From Fonticula alba ATCC 38817 (Eukaryota > Protista > Nucleariida), in NCBI GenBank assembly GCA_000388065.2, contig KB932201.1: a stretch of 64,000 nt of DNA; one strand, given 5' to 3'. The notes below the pieces were generated by a model. The model was not told the DNA's origin, did not search any database, and saw only the letters and a list, made by a program, of their open reading frames with translations. Positions 39,160 through 52,274 of the stretch are shown here, piece by piece. Every line of letters starts with the position of its first letter. The stretch's first letter is position 1. The translations under genes and the position numbers were made by a program.

Positions 39160-40937
39160 GGCTCGCGAGGTCCGAGGGGGAAAAGGAGGCAGAACCAGTG
39201 GCGGGGGTCGCTGACGGCGGAGGGGATGAGAAAGGGGGCGGGGGGAAAAAAAAAAAAGGCGCCGCAGGAGTGTGAGCCCGGGAGGAACATTGGGAGGTGT
39301 TTGGCGTGCCGTGTGCAGCCGGGGCTTCGGTGCGCAGGCCGGCCCTCCAACAATCGAGGGCGGGGAGAGGCGCGCCCCAGATGCCAACGTAGGAGAAAAC
39401 TGAGGGCCGATCTTTTGTGCGCCCTCGCCCGGGGTAACATGCGCCCTTAAAAGTGCCTCGGTTGTGGGCCTCTCTCCACCAGGGATGCTGCATAAAGCAA
39501 ACGTTCCAATGCCACGATGACTGCCATTGCTCCCCTTACCGGGGGCCCAAAGGCAAATCATTGCCAGGATACTCACCACGGTGACTATCTTTGGAACAAG
39601 ATTGAATCGTCTGGAAAGGAACCGGTTTCTTACAATGGGAAATCGAGTCGACATCAGACTACATATCACCCTTTTTTACAAAAAATTGAAAACCCACAGT
39701 GAGGGAGTCGTTGGGGGCGGGAGGGGGGGCGCGGGCACACACCTCTCCCCCCCTGGGTCAAGCGTTTTTTCGGAACCCGTGTGTGGACCAAAAGGGCTGC
39801 GGGCACCGACATCCGAGAGAGAGAGAGAGAGAGAGAGAAGAGGACGGGGGGAGAGGTACATGGAGGGAAACAGATCCGTGCAAAGGAGAGTCATACTTTT
39901 TGGTGCCCGGGGTGGTGCGCGCGCGTGCACTGTCTTCTCTCGACGGCAAGGCGCATTCCCCGCGACTCCAAGCTCCCCCTCCTCAAGAAGGACGATGTGG
40001 TCTTGTGCGGCGGCGGAGGGGAGAGGGCCTTACGCCGCGTCGAGGGGATTGCGCCGTGCCTCCACCATGGGCCGGGCATTTTCCCGGGGCGCGGCCAGGG
40101 GGTGGTGTCTCCCAGCCCTCCTGCCCAAGACCAGGCACTATCCCCGTCTACGGGCCTAGTCTTAATTTGTCCGTTCGGAATGGTCGTCCTTGTGGCACGT
40201 GGATATGCTCGTGACCGGGGATACGCAGCGTGCAAGCATGGGCAGCTTCCCGGGGGGACTACTTTATCCGTGGACTTTTTTTTCCTCTTTTTTCGGTTTT
40301 ATACGCCCGCATGGCTGGTCGCGCGTTTCCCCTTTTGTGGCCCTTCTCAGGGAAGGGGAGCGGGGGGGGGGGACACGGGGACGGGGGGCGCCCCCCCCCC
40401 CCCCCCCCGCGGTTTTCTGCCTCGAGGAGGGCCTCCTTTCGCGGGGAGGTGCGGGGGGAGAGGTGCGGGGTGGACCGCGAACTGGGCATGCGGGTTTCCC
40501 TCGTGTGAACCCTTCCGCGTGTGCACGCCCTCCCTCCGGGGGGCCCAGGATCGGCTGGGAAAGGAAGGAGGCGCGGGATTTTCGTCCCACCGCGCGGGAC
40601 AGGCCCCGAGCAGAGGGTCACTGTCCGGCGACCGTGGCGAGCCCCCAGGCCCGGGCCCGGGCCCGGCGAACGAGGAGGGGCTCATCTGGTTGTCTGTTGG
40701 TGCCTGATCGCCGACAGAGAAGACCAGGCACCGCTCCTCCCCCTTTCCCTCGCCCCCTCTCCCTCCTCCTCCTCTGTCCCTTGCCCCGCCGCGTCCACCT
40801 CCTCCCCCGCAGCTGATCGCCGAGAGCAGGCCCCGAGGCAGCAGCAACATCCCCCCCCCCCCCCCCCCCCCCCCCCCCCTATTATCACCATGTCTGATAA
40901 GATTTTCTCCTTCNNNNNNNNNNCCCCTATTATCACC

Positions 40938-41145
40938 ATGTCTGATAAGATTTTCTCCTTCATCGTCGCCTACCTGGCGGCGAACAACTTTGAGGCTGAG
41001 GCTGCGCGCGTGAGCAAGGCCGTTGCCAAGGCCGGCCACACTGTTGAGCCCCTTTCCCTTGACACTATTGGGGTCGTCACTTTGGCCATCAGCATCGCCC
41101 TGAAGGCGTACGTACAGGCGCTCATGCATGCCCACACACATATGC

Positions 41146-41200
<55 letters not shown>

Positions 41201-42495
41201 CGGAGCCTTCCCACCGATTGATGCCTTGTCGGGCCTCCTTGCGACTCCGGGGGCTTTTCTTCAGCTGAAGCTCCTTGCTCTCGCTCCCACTCTCTTTCTG
41301 CTTCTCTCCCCGCCTTTCGCAGAAGGGACATTAACATTTACGACCCTTCCGTCGCGCCCCCGATCCTCTCGCCTCCTCGTTCGTCGGTCCATCCGACAGC
41401 TCCTTCAGCTCTGATTCTGACTCAGGCAGCAGCAGCAGCAGCAGCTCCGACTCCAGCAGCAGCTCCGACTCCGACTCCAGCAGCTCCGACTCCGACTCCG
41501 ACTCCAGCAGCTCCGACTCCGGCTCCAGCAGTTCCGACTCCGGCTCCAGCTCCAGCTCTGACTCCGAGTCTGGCTCCAGCTCCAGCTCTGCGTCCGGGTC
41601 TGGCTCCTCCTCCAGCTCCTCCTCCAGCTCCTCCTCCAGCTCCTCCTCCAGCTCCTCCTCTAGCTCGTCTTCTAGCTCCAGCTCTTCTTCCAGCTCCAGC
41701 TCTTCTGGCGAGGAGTCCGAGGAGGAGCTCCCGTCCATGATCAAGAAGCGTGCTCTCCCCGTTTCTGAAGTCGAGATGGTCTCCCGCAAGCGCGCCAAGG
41801 TCGCCAAGATCGTTGTTGCTGTGTCTAGCTCCGACTCTAGCAGCTCCGACTCCAGCAGCTCCTCGTCCAGCTCCAGCTCCAGCTCTTCGTCCAGCTCCAG
41901 CTCCAGCTCCAGCTCTTCGTCCAGCTCCAGCTCCTCCTCTGGCTCGAGCTCCAGCTCGGGCAGCTCTAGCAGCTCCAGCTCCGATAGCAGCTCCAGCTCG
42001 GGGTCTTCTTCGAGCTCTGACAGCAGCTCCAGCTCCGGCTCCTCTTCGAGCTCCGCCAGCGGCTCCAGCTCCGATTCCTCCTCCAGCTCCGGCTCCTCCT
42101 CCAGCTCCGGCTCCTCCTCCAGCTCCGGCTCCTCCTCCAGCTCTGACTCCTCCTCTGACTCCGGCTCCGAGTCCGACACCCCGGCCCCCGCTCCGCTGAA
42201 GTTCAACCCGCCGAAGAAGCCCCTCCCCCCGAAGGACGGCGACAAGCCGCGCTTCTTCCAGCGTGTCGATGCCACCAAGGTCCAGTACGCTGGTGACTCG
42301 CTGCGCGACAACTCCTACCGCTCGACCTTCGGCAGCGATGCCTCTTCGTACGGCTTCAAGGCCAACGCCGCCCTCGAGCGCACTCGCGGCAAGGGCTTCC
42401 GCCATGAGAAGACCAAGAAGAAGCGTGGTTCCTACCGCGGCGGCAACATCGACATGGGCGTCAACTCCTTCCGCTTCTCCGACAACGAGGACTAA
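40938..42495 (+). CDS. NOLC1: Nucleolar phosphoprotein SRP40/Nopp140 (LisH-like N-terminus, poly-Ser body, SRP40_C domain)
   Basis: N-terminal FIVAYLAANNF, long Ser/Asp tracts, C-terminal FFQRVD...YGFKANAALERTRGKGFRHEKTKKKRGSYRGGNIDMGVNSFRFSD. Intron about 41110-41399. The start is duplicated across a 10-N gap (40890/40938). Confidence 0.87.
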
Positions 42496-42767
42496 ATGCC
42501 GCCGCTTGTGCTGTGGCCTCTCCTCCAAAGAAAAAAAAGGCGAGAACGACCTTGCGCGCCGAGTCTGACCAGGGCCCTGGTACTTGCTCCGATGAATGGC
42601 AGCATGGATCATGGAGACATGCCCATGTCTTCCCTGTTCCCCCCTCCCCCTCTCCCCACGCTTTCCTCCTTTTTCGAATCACCATCTTCTTCCCTTTTCG
42701 CCCTCCCCCCCACCCATGTGCCCCGAAATACAAAACCATAGACACAGCGAGAGCGAGAGCGAGGGAG

Positions 42768-42811
<44 letters not shown>

Positions 42812-45418
42812 AGGGAGAGGGAGGGAGCAAAGTGAAAGGAGCAGACAAGCCAAGAGTTCAGGAAACTCCGACCGCACCTCCGCGGCCGGTGGGCGCCCTG
42901 CTGTCGCGCGATCGGGGTCCTTGCCCAGGCGTCCGGTGGGAGAGGGCCGCGAGCCGAGGCCGGACGCCCGAACTGCCGGGCACATGCCAGGTGTTCCCCT
43001 CGTGTGTTACGTCGACAGGCTCCGGCCTGCCTGCCCCTTCGCCCCGGGGACCAGGGACAATACACGCCAGAATGCGCCTAGTGCCAACGCAATGCGGCCG
43101 CCGTTCTTCGCCGTTGGCGACCCCCTGGGGGGGGGGCCGAGGCGGTTCTGGTTGCCGCGGGACACCAGCGCGAGCGGAGAACGGCGCCCTGGGAGAGGGG
43201 GCCTGCCCGCGGACTTGACGACTTCGGGCCTTGGGGGGAAGGGGCGGGGCGGGGCGGAGATTCGCCTGGGCGCGAACTCGCCCGACACTCGGAAGAAGAG
43301 CCTGGAACGCCGCCGGCGGGGGGGGGGGACTCATCGGAAAGACATCCCCACATGGAGAAGACCCATTTATCCCCCGGCCGGGTCCCCGCAGCGCTGGCGC
43401 CTTGGGCCTGACAAGCGCCGCCCACACTGCGCCCCCTCCCCCTGATGCGTGTCTTCCTCCGGGGGGGCGGACGTGCTTTGGCAATTTGGCCAGCGCGCCA
43501 GACGGACCGCCACCGACACCGCAGCCGTCCGTCCCCCCCCCCCCCCCCCGGCGGGGGGGGGGGGGGGGGGGGGGTGGGGGGGGTGGGGGGGGGGGGGGGG
43601 GGGGAGGAGGACAAGCAGCGACCGGCCTTTTGCTCGCTACCCGCCCCAGCCCCTGGGCTGTAAATTCCCTTTTCCTCGCGAGGGGGGGGAGGGTCCACTG
43701 GCAGGCGTCATCCGGGGGGTATGGTGGAGGATTCCGCCTGGCCCGAGCGCACGCCCTCATTCCTCTTTTGCCTCGGCCTCCTCCTCTCCGGGGGCCGGGG
43801 GAGGGGGGGGGCCGGGCCGACCGTCGGGGAGGGCATGCCCAGCGCCTCCTGGCTCGCCAGGGCCTGGCAGAGCACACCAGGAGCCTCGGGGCTGTGCCTT
43901 GCCCTGCTCCCGCCACCCCCCCCTGATTTTTGTTCGCGAAGCACATGCCTTTGCTCCTGGGCCTTTGCCTCCCCGTGTCTGCATCTGTTGGCTGCCCTTT
44001 GCATGAGGCGCTACCGGCGCGGCCTGGTGGGTATGCGCCACTTGCGCACCTCGGACTCGGCCGCCGGTCCGGCCCGTACGTGGATTAATGCCATTTGAAC
44101 GGCCCGTCCATCTGCAGCCAGCCCGCCAGGGAGCCTGCATGCAAACGGTGCCACAACCGGCCTTCGGGGCTTCGGGCCCGGGGGCGCCACATGCACACAC
44201 GCACATACACACGGTTGGACCTCTATCTATGCGAGACCTCCACCCGTACGCACGCACACACACGCATGTGTGCAAACACAGGCACTTGTCCCGACTGACG
44301 GTTCTTTGGGCCAGGCCAGCCGGGAGCGGGGGGGAGGGGGGGGGGGGGTGGCCAGGCAAGCATACCTCCTTTGTCTGGCGATGCCTGGAGTCGACTTTTC
44401 TCGACGAGGACGCCCTGCTTGTGGAGCCGACCACCGAAAGAGAGGGCATTCCCCGAGGTGCTCCGCCCCTGGGGTGGTCCCTCGGTGAAGGTGTGAGGTC
44501 GGTCAACTCCCGGGGCTATGTGTCCCCCCGCCCCGGGGGGGGGGAACAGGCTAAGCCCAGGGGGCGTTTTCCCAACAGCAGCGGTGGCAGTGCGCACCAG
44601 AGGCGGGGGGGGGGGGGGGCGGGGGGGCGTGGTGCGCCCCCCCCCCCCCCCCCCGCTCCTGGTCCTGACGCGCATCTGGGGAAGGGGATCAGTTTTTTCT
44701 GCAGCCGAGTCCAAGCCCCGCGAGGGAAGGGTATGCCAGGCAGCCCCCTTTCTCCACTCCTCCCTCCCCGCCCGCATCCCTGCTTGCACACTCCCCTGCA
44801 CACACACACCTTCGCGCACACACACACCTTCGCGCACGCACGCACGCACGCACGCACACGCAAACGCATATACACGTGTCCTTCTCTCCCTCTCCCCCCC
44901 CTCCTCCACCCCTCCCCGTCTTCTCTCCTGTCGCACCAAACGCTAAAGTGAAAGAGCGAAAGAGAGTGATCGCGCCCAGAGATCAGGCTTTCCTCCCCAT
45001 CCCTTTACCTCCTTCTGTTGCCGCCGTCACCGCTGCATCCCGGTCGCCCCTCTCCCTCCACGTCGCCTCGCTTCCCCCTTCGCTGCCCCTTCTGAGCAGC
45101 CGCCCCCCTGGGCTCCCCTGTGCAAATGACGATGAAGGTGTGTCACTGTCCCCCTCCCCNNNNNNNNNNNNNNNNNNNNNNNNNNNNNNNNNNNNNNNNN
45201 NNNNNNNNNNNNNNNNNNNNNNNNNNNNNNNNNNNNNNNNNNNNNNNNNNNNNNNNNNNNNNNNNNNNNNNNNNNNNNNNNNNNNNNNNNNNNNNNNNNN
45301 NNNNNNNNNNNNNNNNNNNNNNNNNNNNNNNNNNNNNCCCTCCCCAGTCCGGCCCATTCCCCTGCTGACCTCCGCCCCCCCCCCCCGTCCTCTCACGCTT
45401 GGCCTCGCCTCCTCTCAG

Positions 45419-48400
45419 CAACAGTGGTTCAATGAGGCGCTGTCTCGCCTCTATATTCCCCTTACCAATGGATACACCTCCCCGGGCCTGCTGGGTGCGC
45501 GCCGATCCCGTCTGGATTTCGCCCTCCCCGCTCTCCCCCCTCCCCATCGGGTGGCTCCGTTGCTGACCTTCTCTCCTTTCCTTGCCCCGCGTCTCCCGCT
45601 CTCCCACGACCGGTCGCCAATGCGCAGAGGAGCTGATGGGCTTCTGTGCCACGCCAAATGTTTGGCAGCTGGCTATTCAGGCCTTCGACATGCCCTCCGA
45701 TCCGAAGGCCCAATACTTCGCGATCTTCATCATCGGGGTGCGCCAATCCCCCGCGAGCCCCCCTCCGCTCCTCCGCCCCCCCCCCCTCTTGCATTCCGCC
45801 AGGCTGACTCCTCTCCTGTCCATTGCCCCATTCGCACTCCAGCGAGTTGTTGCCCGGAACTGGCGCGACCTCAGCGACGCCGACCGCACGACCATCTGGT
45901 GCTTCTGCCGAGACACCCTCTTCCGGCACATCCAGGCAGTCAGCGCCCAACCGGACGCCATGGACGCCGGGCTGCCGCGTTTCATTGTCACCAAGCTGAC
46001 GCAGCTCTGCGTCGACATGGGCAAGCACAATCTGACCATCGGCTTCGACTCGCTCTTCCAGCTGGCCACCTGCTTCCTGACCAATCGCCCGAACCTGGCC
46101 GATGCCCCGCAGTCCATCGACCAGGCCCTGAGCCTACTGGATCCGGCCTGTGGTAGCCCAGCCCAGCTCCTGGGCCTGGCCATGCTGCTGATGATTTGCG
46201 AAGAGTGTACCAGCGTCAAGGACGACCTCCCATCGCATCTGCGTAACTCCATGCGCAAGGTATGCGCCTCCCTTCTTCTCCTCCTCCTCCTCCTCCTTCT
46301 CCCCCTGCACACACCCACACCCATGCAGCGATCTTGATGCTGGCCCCAGTTGCTGACCCCCCCCCCCCCCCCCTCCCACCCCGCCGGCTCATGTGCAGCT
46401 GTTGTACGACAATGCGACCGCCATCATGAATCTGGTCCTGCGCGTGCTGGACAGCACGCATGAGCAGGCTCGCATCGCCTGCCAGTCGGATGGGACTGCC
46501 CGTGGGAATGCGCGCCTTCGGTTCCCGCCGATGATCGCCCGGTGTGTGGCCCAGGCCCTGACCGTGGTCAGCCAGCTTCTGTCCTGGGTGCCGCTCAATG
46601 AATTCGTCGACCGGCGCCTGGTGCAGTCCCTCTTCCAATATGTGGTTCTACATGTGGACAGCACGTCGGCCGAGCTCGGTGCCCAGGCCCTGGAGTGCGT
46701 CAATGAGATCCTCGGCCGGTCGTGCATCCCCCGCGACCTGGATGGCTTCCTGGTGCAGATCTTCGGCGATGTCTTCCGTCTGCTGCAGTCGCTGACGGCC
46801 GACCCGGCGGGGGCCCCCTCGCCGGAGGTCATCCGCGCCCTGGACTCGCAATACCGCGAGCGCCTGACTGACTTCCTGGGCCTCTTCGTGAGCCAGCACC
46901 TCCGGCGATTCGAGACCATGTCCTCGGAGGCCATCGGCCTGGGCGGGGTGGCTGCCGCTGGGGCCGGCTCCGGGGCCGGCGCCCCGGATGCCACCTCCCA
47001 GCCGGTGTTCGCCCTGCTGGGCCTGCTCTTCACGTATACCTTCATGCAGCCGGACATCGAGGCCCTGTCATCCTGCCTGGACATCTGGGAGACCTTCCTG
47101 GACCGGCTGCTCGAGCCGCAGGAGGGGTCCTCGCTGCAAAGTGCCCAGGAGGCCGCGGCTCCCTATGCCGGCGGGCTGCTGGCCTTCGTGGAGGCCCTTC
47201 TGCAGAAGGTCCTCTTCCGTCACAATGCCCCGGAGCTCCTGTCCCTGGATGATGACGAGGTCGAGGGCGATGCCCAATCCGAGTGGGACACCTTCCTGTC
47301 CTCTTGCGTCAGCATCATCGGCAAGGTCGGCGACCTGCTGCCAGTTCAGACGCTCAACATCACCTTCCCCCTGCTGGAGGAGGACCTCGCGAAGTTCATG
47401 ATCCGTGAGCAATTGACCTCGGGTGCGTCTCGGAGTTGGTTGTCTGCTCGCCGCTGCCTTCCTTCTGCCTTTCATCGGGAGGCGTTCCTTCGGAGATTGG
47501 CCTTTTTCTCCCTCTCTCTCTCTCCCCCCCCCCCATGCATTGATTTCATTGTCGTCTCTGCCTGCACCACAGCATGGCAGATCAGCGACGGGATGGGGGA
47601 CGAGGAATTGCCCGCCAATATGTGTCCCCTTGTGTTTGTGGCTCACCCCGGATTATCTGACCACCTTCTCGCCCATGATGATGCCCATCCGGCTAGATGC
47701 ATCCCGCGCACTGGCCCTCACTCGCGACTTGCGGTCTCACCTGCGCATTTTGGCCCGGCTGTCGAGCGTCTTCCTGTCGAGCGGCAGCCTCTTCGAAAGC
47801 ACCTTCCCCACGATCTTGACCCTGCTGAAGGACAAGCTCCTCGGGCTGGGCACCTTCCTGCACAACTTCGCCCTCTACCGGCGCAGTGAGCAGTTCAACA
47901 AGCTGGCCGTGCAGCTGTTCACCACGCTGGCTGCCTTCGCCGGCTGGCAGGCCGCGGCGTTGGCCTCCACGGGGCCGGCCTCCGGTGGGGGGACTTCCTC
48001 CACGGGCGGCGGGTTGGGCGGTGCGTCGACCCCGGCCGAGCGGACTCCCGAAGCGGCGGCGGCCGCCGAATTGCTCTTCCACCAGATCAAGCTGGCGGTG
48101 TCGGTGCTTTACACCACCGACGACTCGGTTCTCGGGCTGGCGGTGGCGCCCTTCCTGCTGGCTCTGGCCCGGGCGGTCCGGCTACCGGTTTTGCTGGAAG
48201 CCCTGGCTCCGCAGCTGCTGGATCTGCTGACGGTGGCCTCGCGCGATCGGTACCCGGCATATGCGGCCCCTGGGGCCGGGGATTTGCCGGCCCTGGCGCG
48301 TGGTATCTTCCAAACCTCGATCGAAGTCCGCTCGGCGGTGTTCATGGCCGCCACCACGGCCATTGCCCTGCCCTTCCAGCAGATGGCCGCCAAGGACCCG

Positions 48401-49729
48401 GCGCAGGCGTGGGACAACCGGGCGGCCCTCTTTGCCAAGGTGGTTCTCGGGGATTCGGGGCTGACGGCCCCGTTGCAGCGTGCCGCGGCCCCGGGCTTCC
48501 ACGAGCAGGGCCTCTACAAGGCGCCGGATGTGCGTGCCCTCATTTGCGAGGCTCTGTCCACCCTGGGGGCATGTGTGTCGGCCGTGGCGGCCGAGTCCAA
48601 AACCAGCAAGGCTGTGGTGTTGGAGGCAGTGCGCCCGCTGCTGCCGTCTACGATCAACCTGCTGAAGATTTACGCATCGGAATATGGTATGTGTCGGCGC
48701 GCGGTTTTTTGTCCACTTGCGCGAGGGGGGGGGTGTGTGGGGAATTGCCCTTGTCTCGTTCCGGCCCCTCCCTCCTCTCTCTGTGATTGCTAACATGTAG
48801 GCACGCACGCACGCACGCACGTACGCACGCACGCACACTTGTCAGATGTCCTCGAGCGGCTGATTGACTTCCAGCTGGAGCTCTTCGTGGCCATGCGCCT
48901 GGACCTCGGAGTCGAGTATGTCGGGGAGATGGTCGGCGTCATGTTGGCCCTGCTCGGGGGGAACCAGAGCTTCCTCCAGCACCTGGCCGGCGGCACGCCG
49001 GCCTCCATCGACATTATCAACAAGCTGCTGCAGCTGCTGACTCTCATTGTGGAGAGCGGCCCACGCAGCAGCAGCCTCGGCGCCTTGACCGGGAGCATTG
49101 TGCAGCTGGTCCTCGGGGACTTGGCTCCGGCTCTGTTCAGCGATGGGGCCCGCGCCGCGGCCGACCATGTGGCCGGGCGCTTCTTCGAGCTGGTCTTCGC
49201 CCTGCTGGACAGCCGCTGGCACCAGCTCCAGCCGGAGGCCACCGCCTCGGAGAGCGTGTCCCCCGGGGGGCAGGCCTTTTACCGGCTGCTGGACCTGGCG
49301 CAGCTTCCCTTCAAATCCTCAGACATCGGCATTTTCCGGGATAACCTGGCCCGGCTGGGCCGGCTGGATCAAACCCGGCGGCTCTTTTCCCTGCCGGACC
49401 AGCAGGTCATTCGCCAGTGCCATGCCTTTGCCATGCAGCTCATGCGGGTGCTCAACCACCGGGGGCATGAGCTCCTGCGTGAGGACATCCTGGCCTTGCT
49501 GTTCCGGATCTTCTCCAGCGTCGACATGCCGACCTTTGCCCAGAGCACCATCGAGGCCTACCTGGCCAGCATGGACGCCCTGAGTGAGGCCGATCGTCAT
49601 GGGCTCCTGCAGGGGGTCGGTCCGCTGGACATGCAGGGCTCCTTCGTGGACAGCATTGGCCAGTTGCTGGTTGACTCCAAGTACCTGGAGAGCCTGCGCA
49701 CGACATCCGCCGCGTCGGTGGTGCTGTGA
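45419..49729 (+). CDS. XPO6: Exportin-6 (importin-beta family actin/profilin exporter); possible short first exon MTMK at 45126 before a gap
   Basis: EELMGFCATPNVW, LPRFIVTKLTQLCVDMG, LLGLAMLLMICEE, QLLSWVPL, LGAQALECVNEILGRSCIP, YRERLTDFLGLFVSQHLRRFE, LLFTYTFMQP, SCLDIWETFLD align by eye with human XPO6 (LPYFIRNKLCKVIVDIG, HLFSWIPL, MSCINELMSKNCVP, YIEKFTDFLRLFVSVHLRRIE, LLFKYTFHQP, SCLDIWTLFLD). Confidence 0.87.
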
Positions 49730-51428
49730 TGCTGTCTGGCGTGCTAGTGTGCGTGTGTGTGTGTGTGTTTCGGGGGAGGGCGACGGGGCGCGGAGGGGGG
49801 GGGGCCGGGGGGATGGTGGTGTCCGTGCGTATACATGAGAGAAACCCCCCTCTCCCCCCCCCCCCTCTTTCTCTCTTGCTCTCTTGGGACACACAGACAC
49901 ACGCACACAGGCCCGAAGGCAGAACAGCGCCCGGGAACGGTTCTTGTGGGATAGAATGAGGTGGTCATGTGCGACTCGACGCACGCATGTGACCATCGTG
50001 CACTTTGCATTCCTGTCCCTGTATACAGGTGTGCCCGTGAACGGCGGCCGCCGGCCCTTAGACATGCGCTGCCTGCGGAAGGGAAAATAACGCCCCCCCC
50101 CCCCGGATCCCCCGGGCCTTCTCCTGTTTACATGCACAATACACACACGCCCTGCGGGTCCCAGCCTCGCAAAGACAAGACGTAGACCTGACAGTGTGCC
50201 CGGCAGTTACAAGTGTCTGGCCACCGCGGCTCCCCCCCCCTGGCCCCGGCCTCCCTCAGACAGGGGGCGCTTGCTGCCGCGCCGGGGAGGAGGGGGGACG
50301 GCCTCGGCGGAATACCCCCCCCCCCCCGGCCTGGACCGTTGGGGCCTGAGGAGTTCAGCAGAGCCCCAGTAAACCCGGAAGGCTGTGTGTCGGGCGGCGC
50401 AGACCCGCCCGGGCGCGAGAGGGCCCCGCTGCCCGACCTCCCGGGAACATTCAGCCGCCCGGGCCCGGAGCCGCGGAGGGGGCGGCGGAACAGGGACAGC
50501 ACGGGCGAGACGCGGCCGTCCTTGGCTTGCCGATGGGAGCGTACGCCGCCCAGTCCGCCCGACCCCGGCCCTTCCCCCGCCCCCGCCCGCCGCCGGCCCC
50601 GCCAGCTCCAGGGGGCGGGCAGGCGGGGGCACAGGCCCGCCAGAATGCGGGAGCATTACTAGGGTTGTAGGAATGCCCCCGGGGCTGGCGAGTATCTGGG
50701 TCTTGGGGAACGGCGGCGGGCGGGCGCGCGCGCGCCGGCGTCCCCCCCTCCCCCCCCCCTCCTCGGGTCGGAAGAAAGGCCGCCTGAGGAGGAAAACGAG
50801 ATGGGGGCGCTCTGGGAATGGGTGGCCGAAAAATGCTCGCGGTGCATATTCATTTCGACATTCCAGCACCGGGTGCGGCCCGCACCGGACAGGGGAGGCA
50901 GGGGTGCTGCGGAGGCCGGGAGGGGAGGGGGGGGAAGGGGGGCTCTTTCTCCCTCTCTCCCCTTCCTGAACTCACACACACATCTATCTTGACAATGATT
51001 ATTTATTCAGTCAATAGCCCTCCCAGGCCAGGCGCCCTGGCCGTCGTCGTCGTCGTCGAGAGCCCTCCCTTTCCCGGGGCGCGAGCGCGGGGTCCGCCGG
51101 GGGGGAGAATGCCCTGACCTGTGCATGCTTGGTGCCAATTGACCCCTTTCCTGCGGGCACCTCCTTCGTGAGGCTGGGCATGGAACGCGCCGTGTGCGCG
51201 GGGGCGGGAGGTTGGGTTTCCCAGCCTCTGAGGGCGGCGTGCCTGCTGGTTTTTGTTTCTCCCTCACACGGGGCCTTCTCGGCGGGGGGAGGGGCGGGGG
51301 GAAGGGCGGGGCCACCGCTATCCGCACCTGCCTTCCCGACACCCTCGGTCGGCCGGTGGATCCTGAGCTTTTTTTTTCTCTCGCCAGTTTGGCCAGGGTG
51401 AGGGCTCTTGGCTTTTGTCAGCTGACGG

Positions 51429-51460
<32 letters not shown>

Positions 51461-51762
51461 CCAGTGCGCCTGGTGCGCATGCTTGCCGTTGTTGTTATTT
51501 GGGCCCCTTGGGGTGGTGGTGCGGTCCTCTGGCTTTCCTGTTCGCTCAGCTCCTGGCGCGGCCTGGCGCATTCCTAGTCCCCTCGAGCAGGCCTTCGCAC
51601 GCACACACACACACACAGATACTGGCCAACGCCCGGGGGCCGCCCTCGCCCCTCAACCTGCGGTCTTCTGGAGGCATCCGGCTCTTCGGGGCGCCCCGAT
51701 GGTGCTCCAGCCTTATGGTCAGCGAGACTTGCCTTCCCCCGGTTTCCGCGCGCGGGTGCGCG

Positions 51763-51806
<44 letters not shown>

Positions 51807-52239
51807 CCGCCATGTGTGATGGAGGCCGCAGCAATGTCCGCCGCGGCTGCCGCGCCCCGCACCCAGCCGCGGCCACGGCCGCCACCGGGGGGAAGGGGGC
51901 GTAGAAACGGCATCCCACCAGGACGCCCCGCGAGGGGTTGGGGCACCACTGGCGTACACAAATGTCTAGGGCGCCCCGGTGGTAGGGAGAGGGTGAGGGG
52001 AGGGGGTGCGGGGGGGGGGGGGGGGGGCAGGCAAACGCCAGCCTGTGCGTGTGTTCTGCTGCGCGCCCTGCTCCCCCCCCCCCTCTGATCTCTCCCGCCC
52101 CCTGGCACGGGAGAGCAAGTGGCTGCCCGGAACTTGGCCCCCTACTAGCGGGTTGCCGCGCCCCCCTCCGAGGGAAGGACAGTCGGCGCGGAAGGGGGGT
52201 TAGGGAGCCGTGCCTGGACACTCTTGCTGCCGCCACCAC

Positions 52240-52274
<35 letters not shown>

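Noticed and set aside
39568-39576. ATACTCACC resembling the U1 snRNA 5' end (ATACTTACC)
   Set aside because: No U1 stem-loops or Sm site follow. It is simply the complement of a donor-like GGTGAGTAT.
40875-40961. SRP40 start codon region present twice
   Set aside because: Exact overlap of about 38 bp either side of a 10-N gap; an assembly artefact, not a gene duplication.
42673-42680. TTCGAATC resembling a tRNA T-loop/B-box
   Set aside because: No preceding GG, no stems and no A-box; it lies in the pyrimidine-rich SRP40 3' flank.
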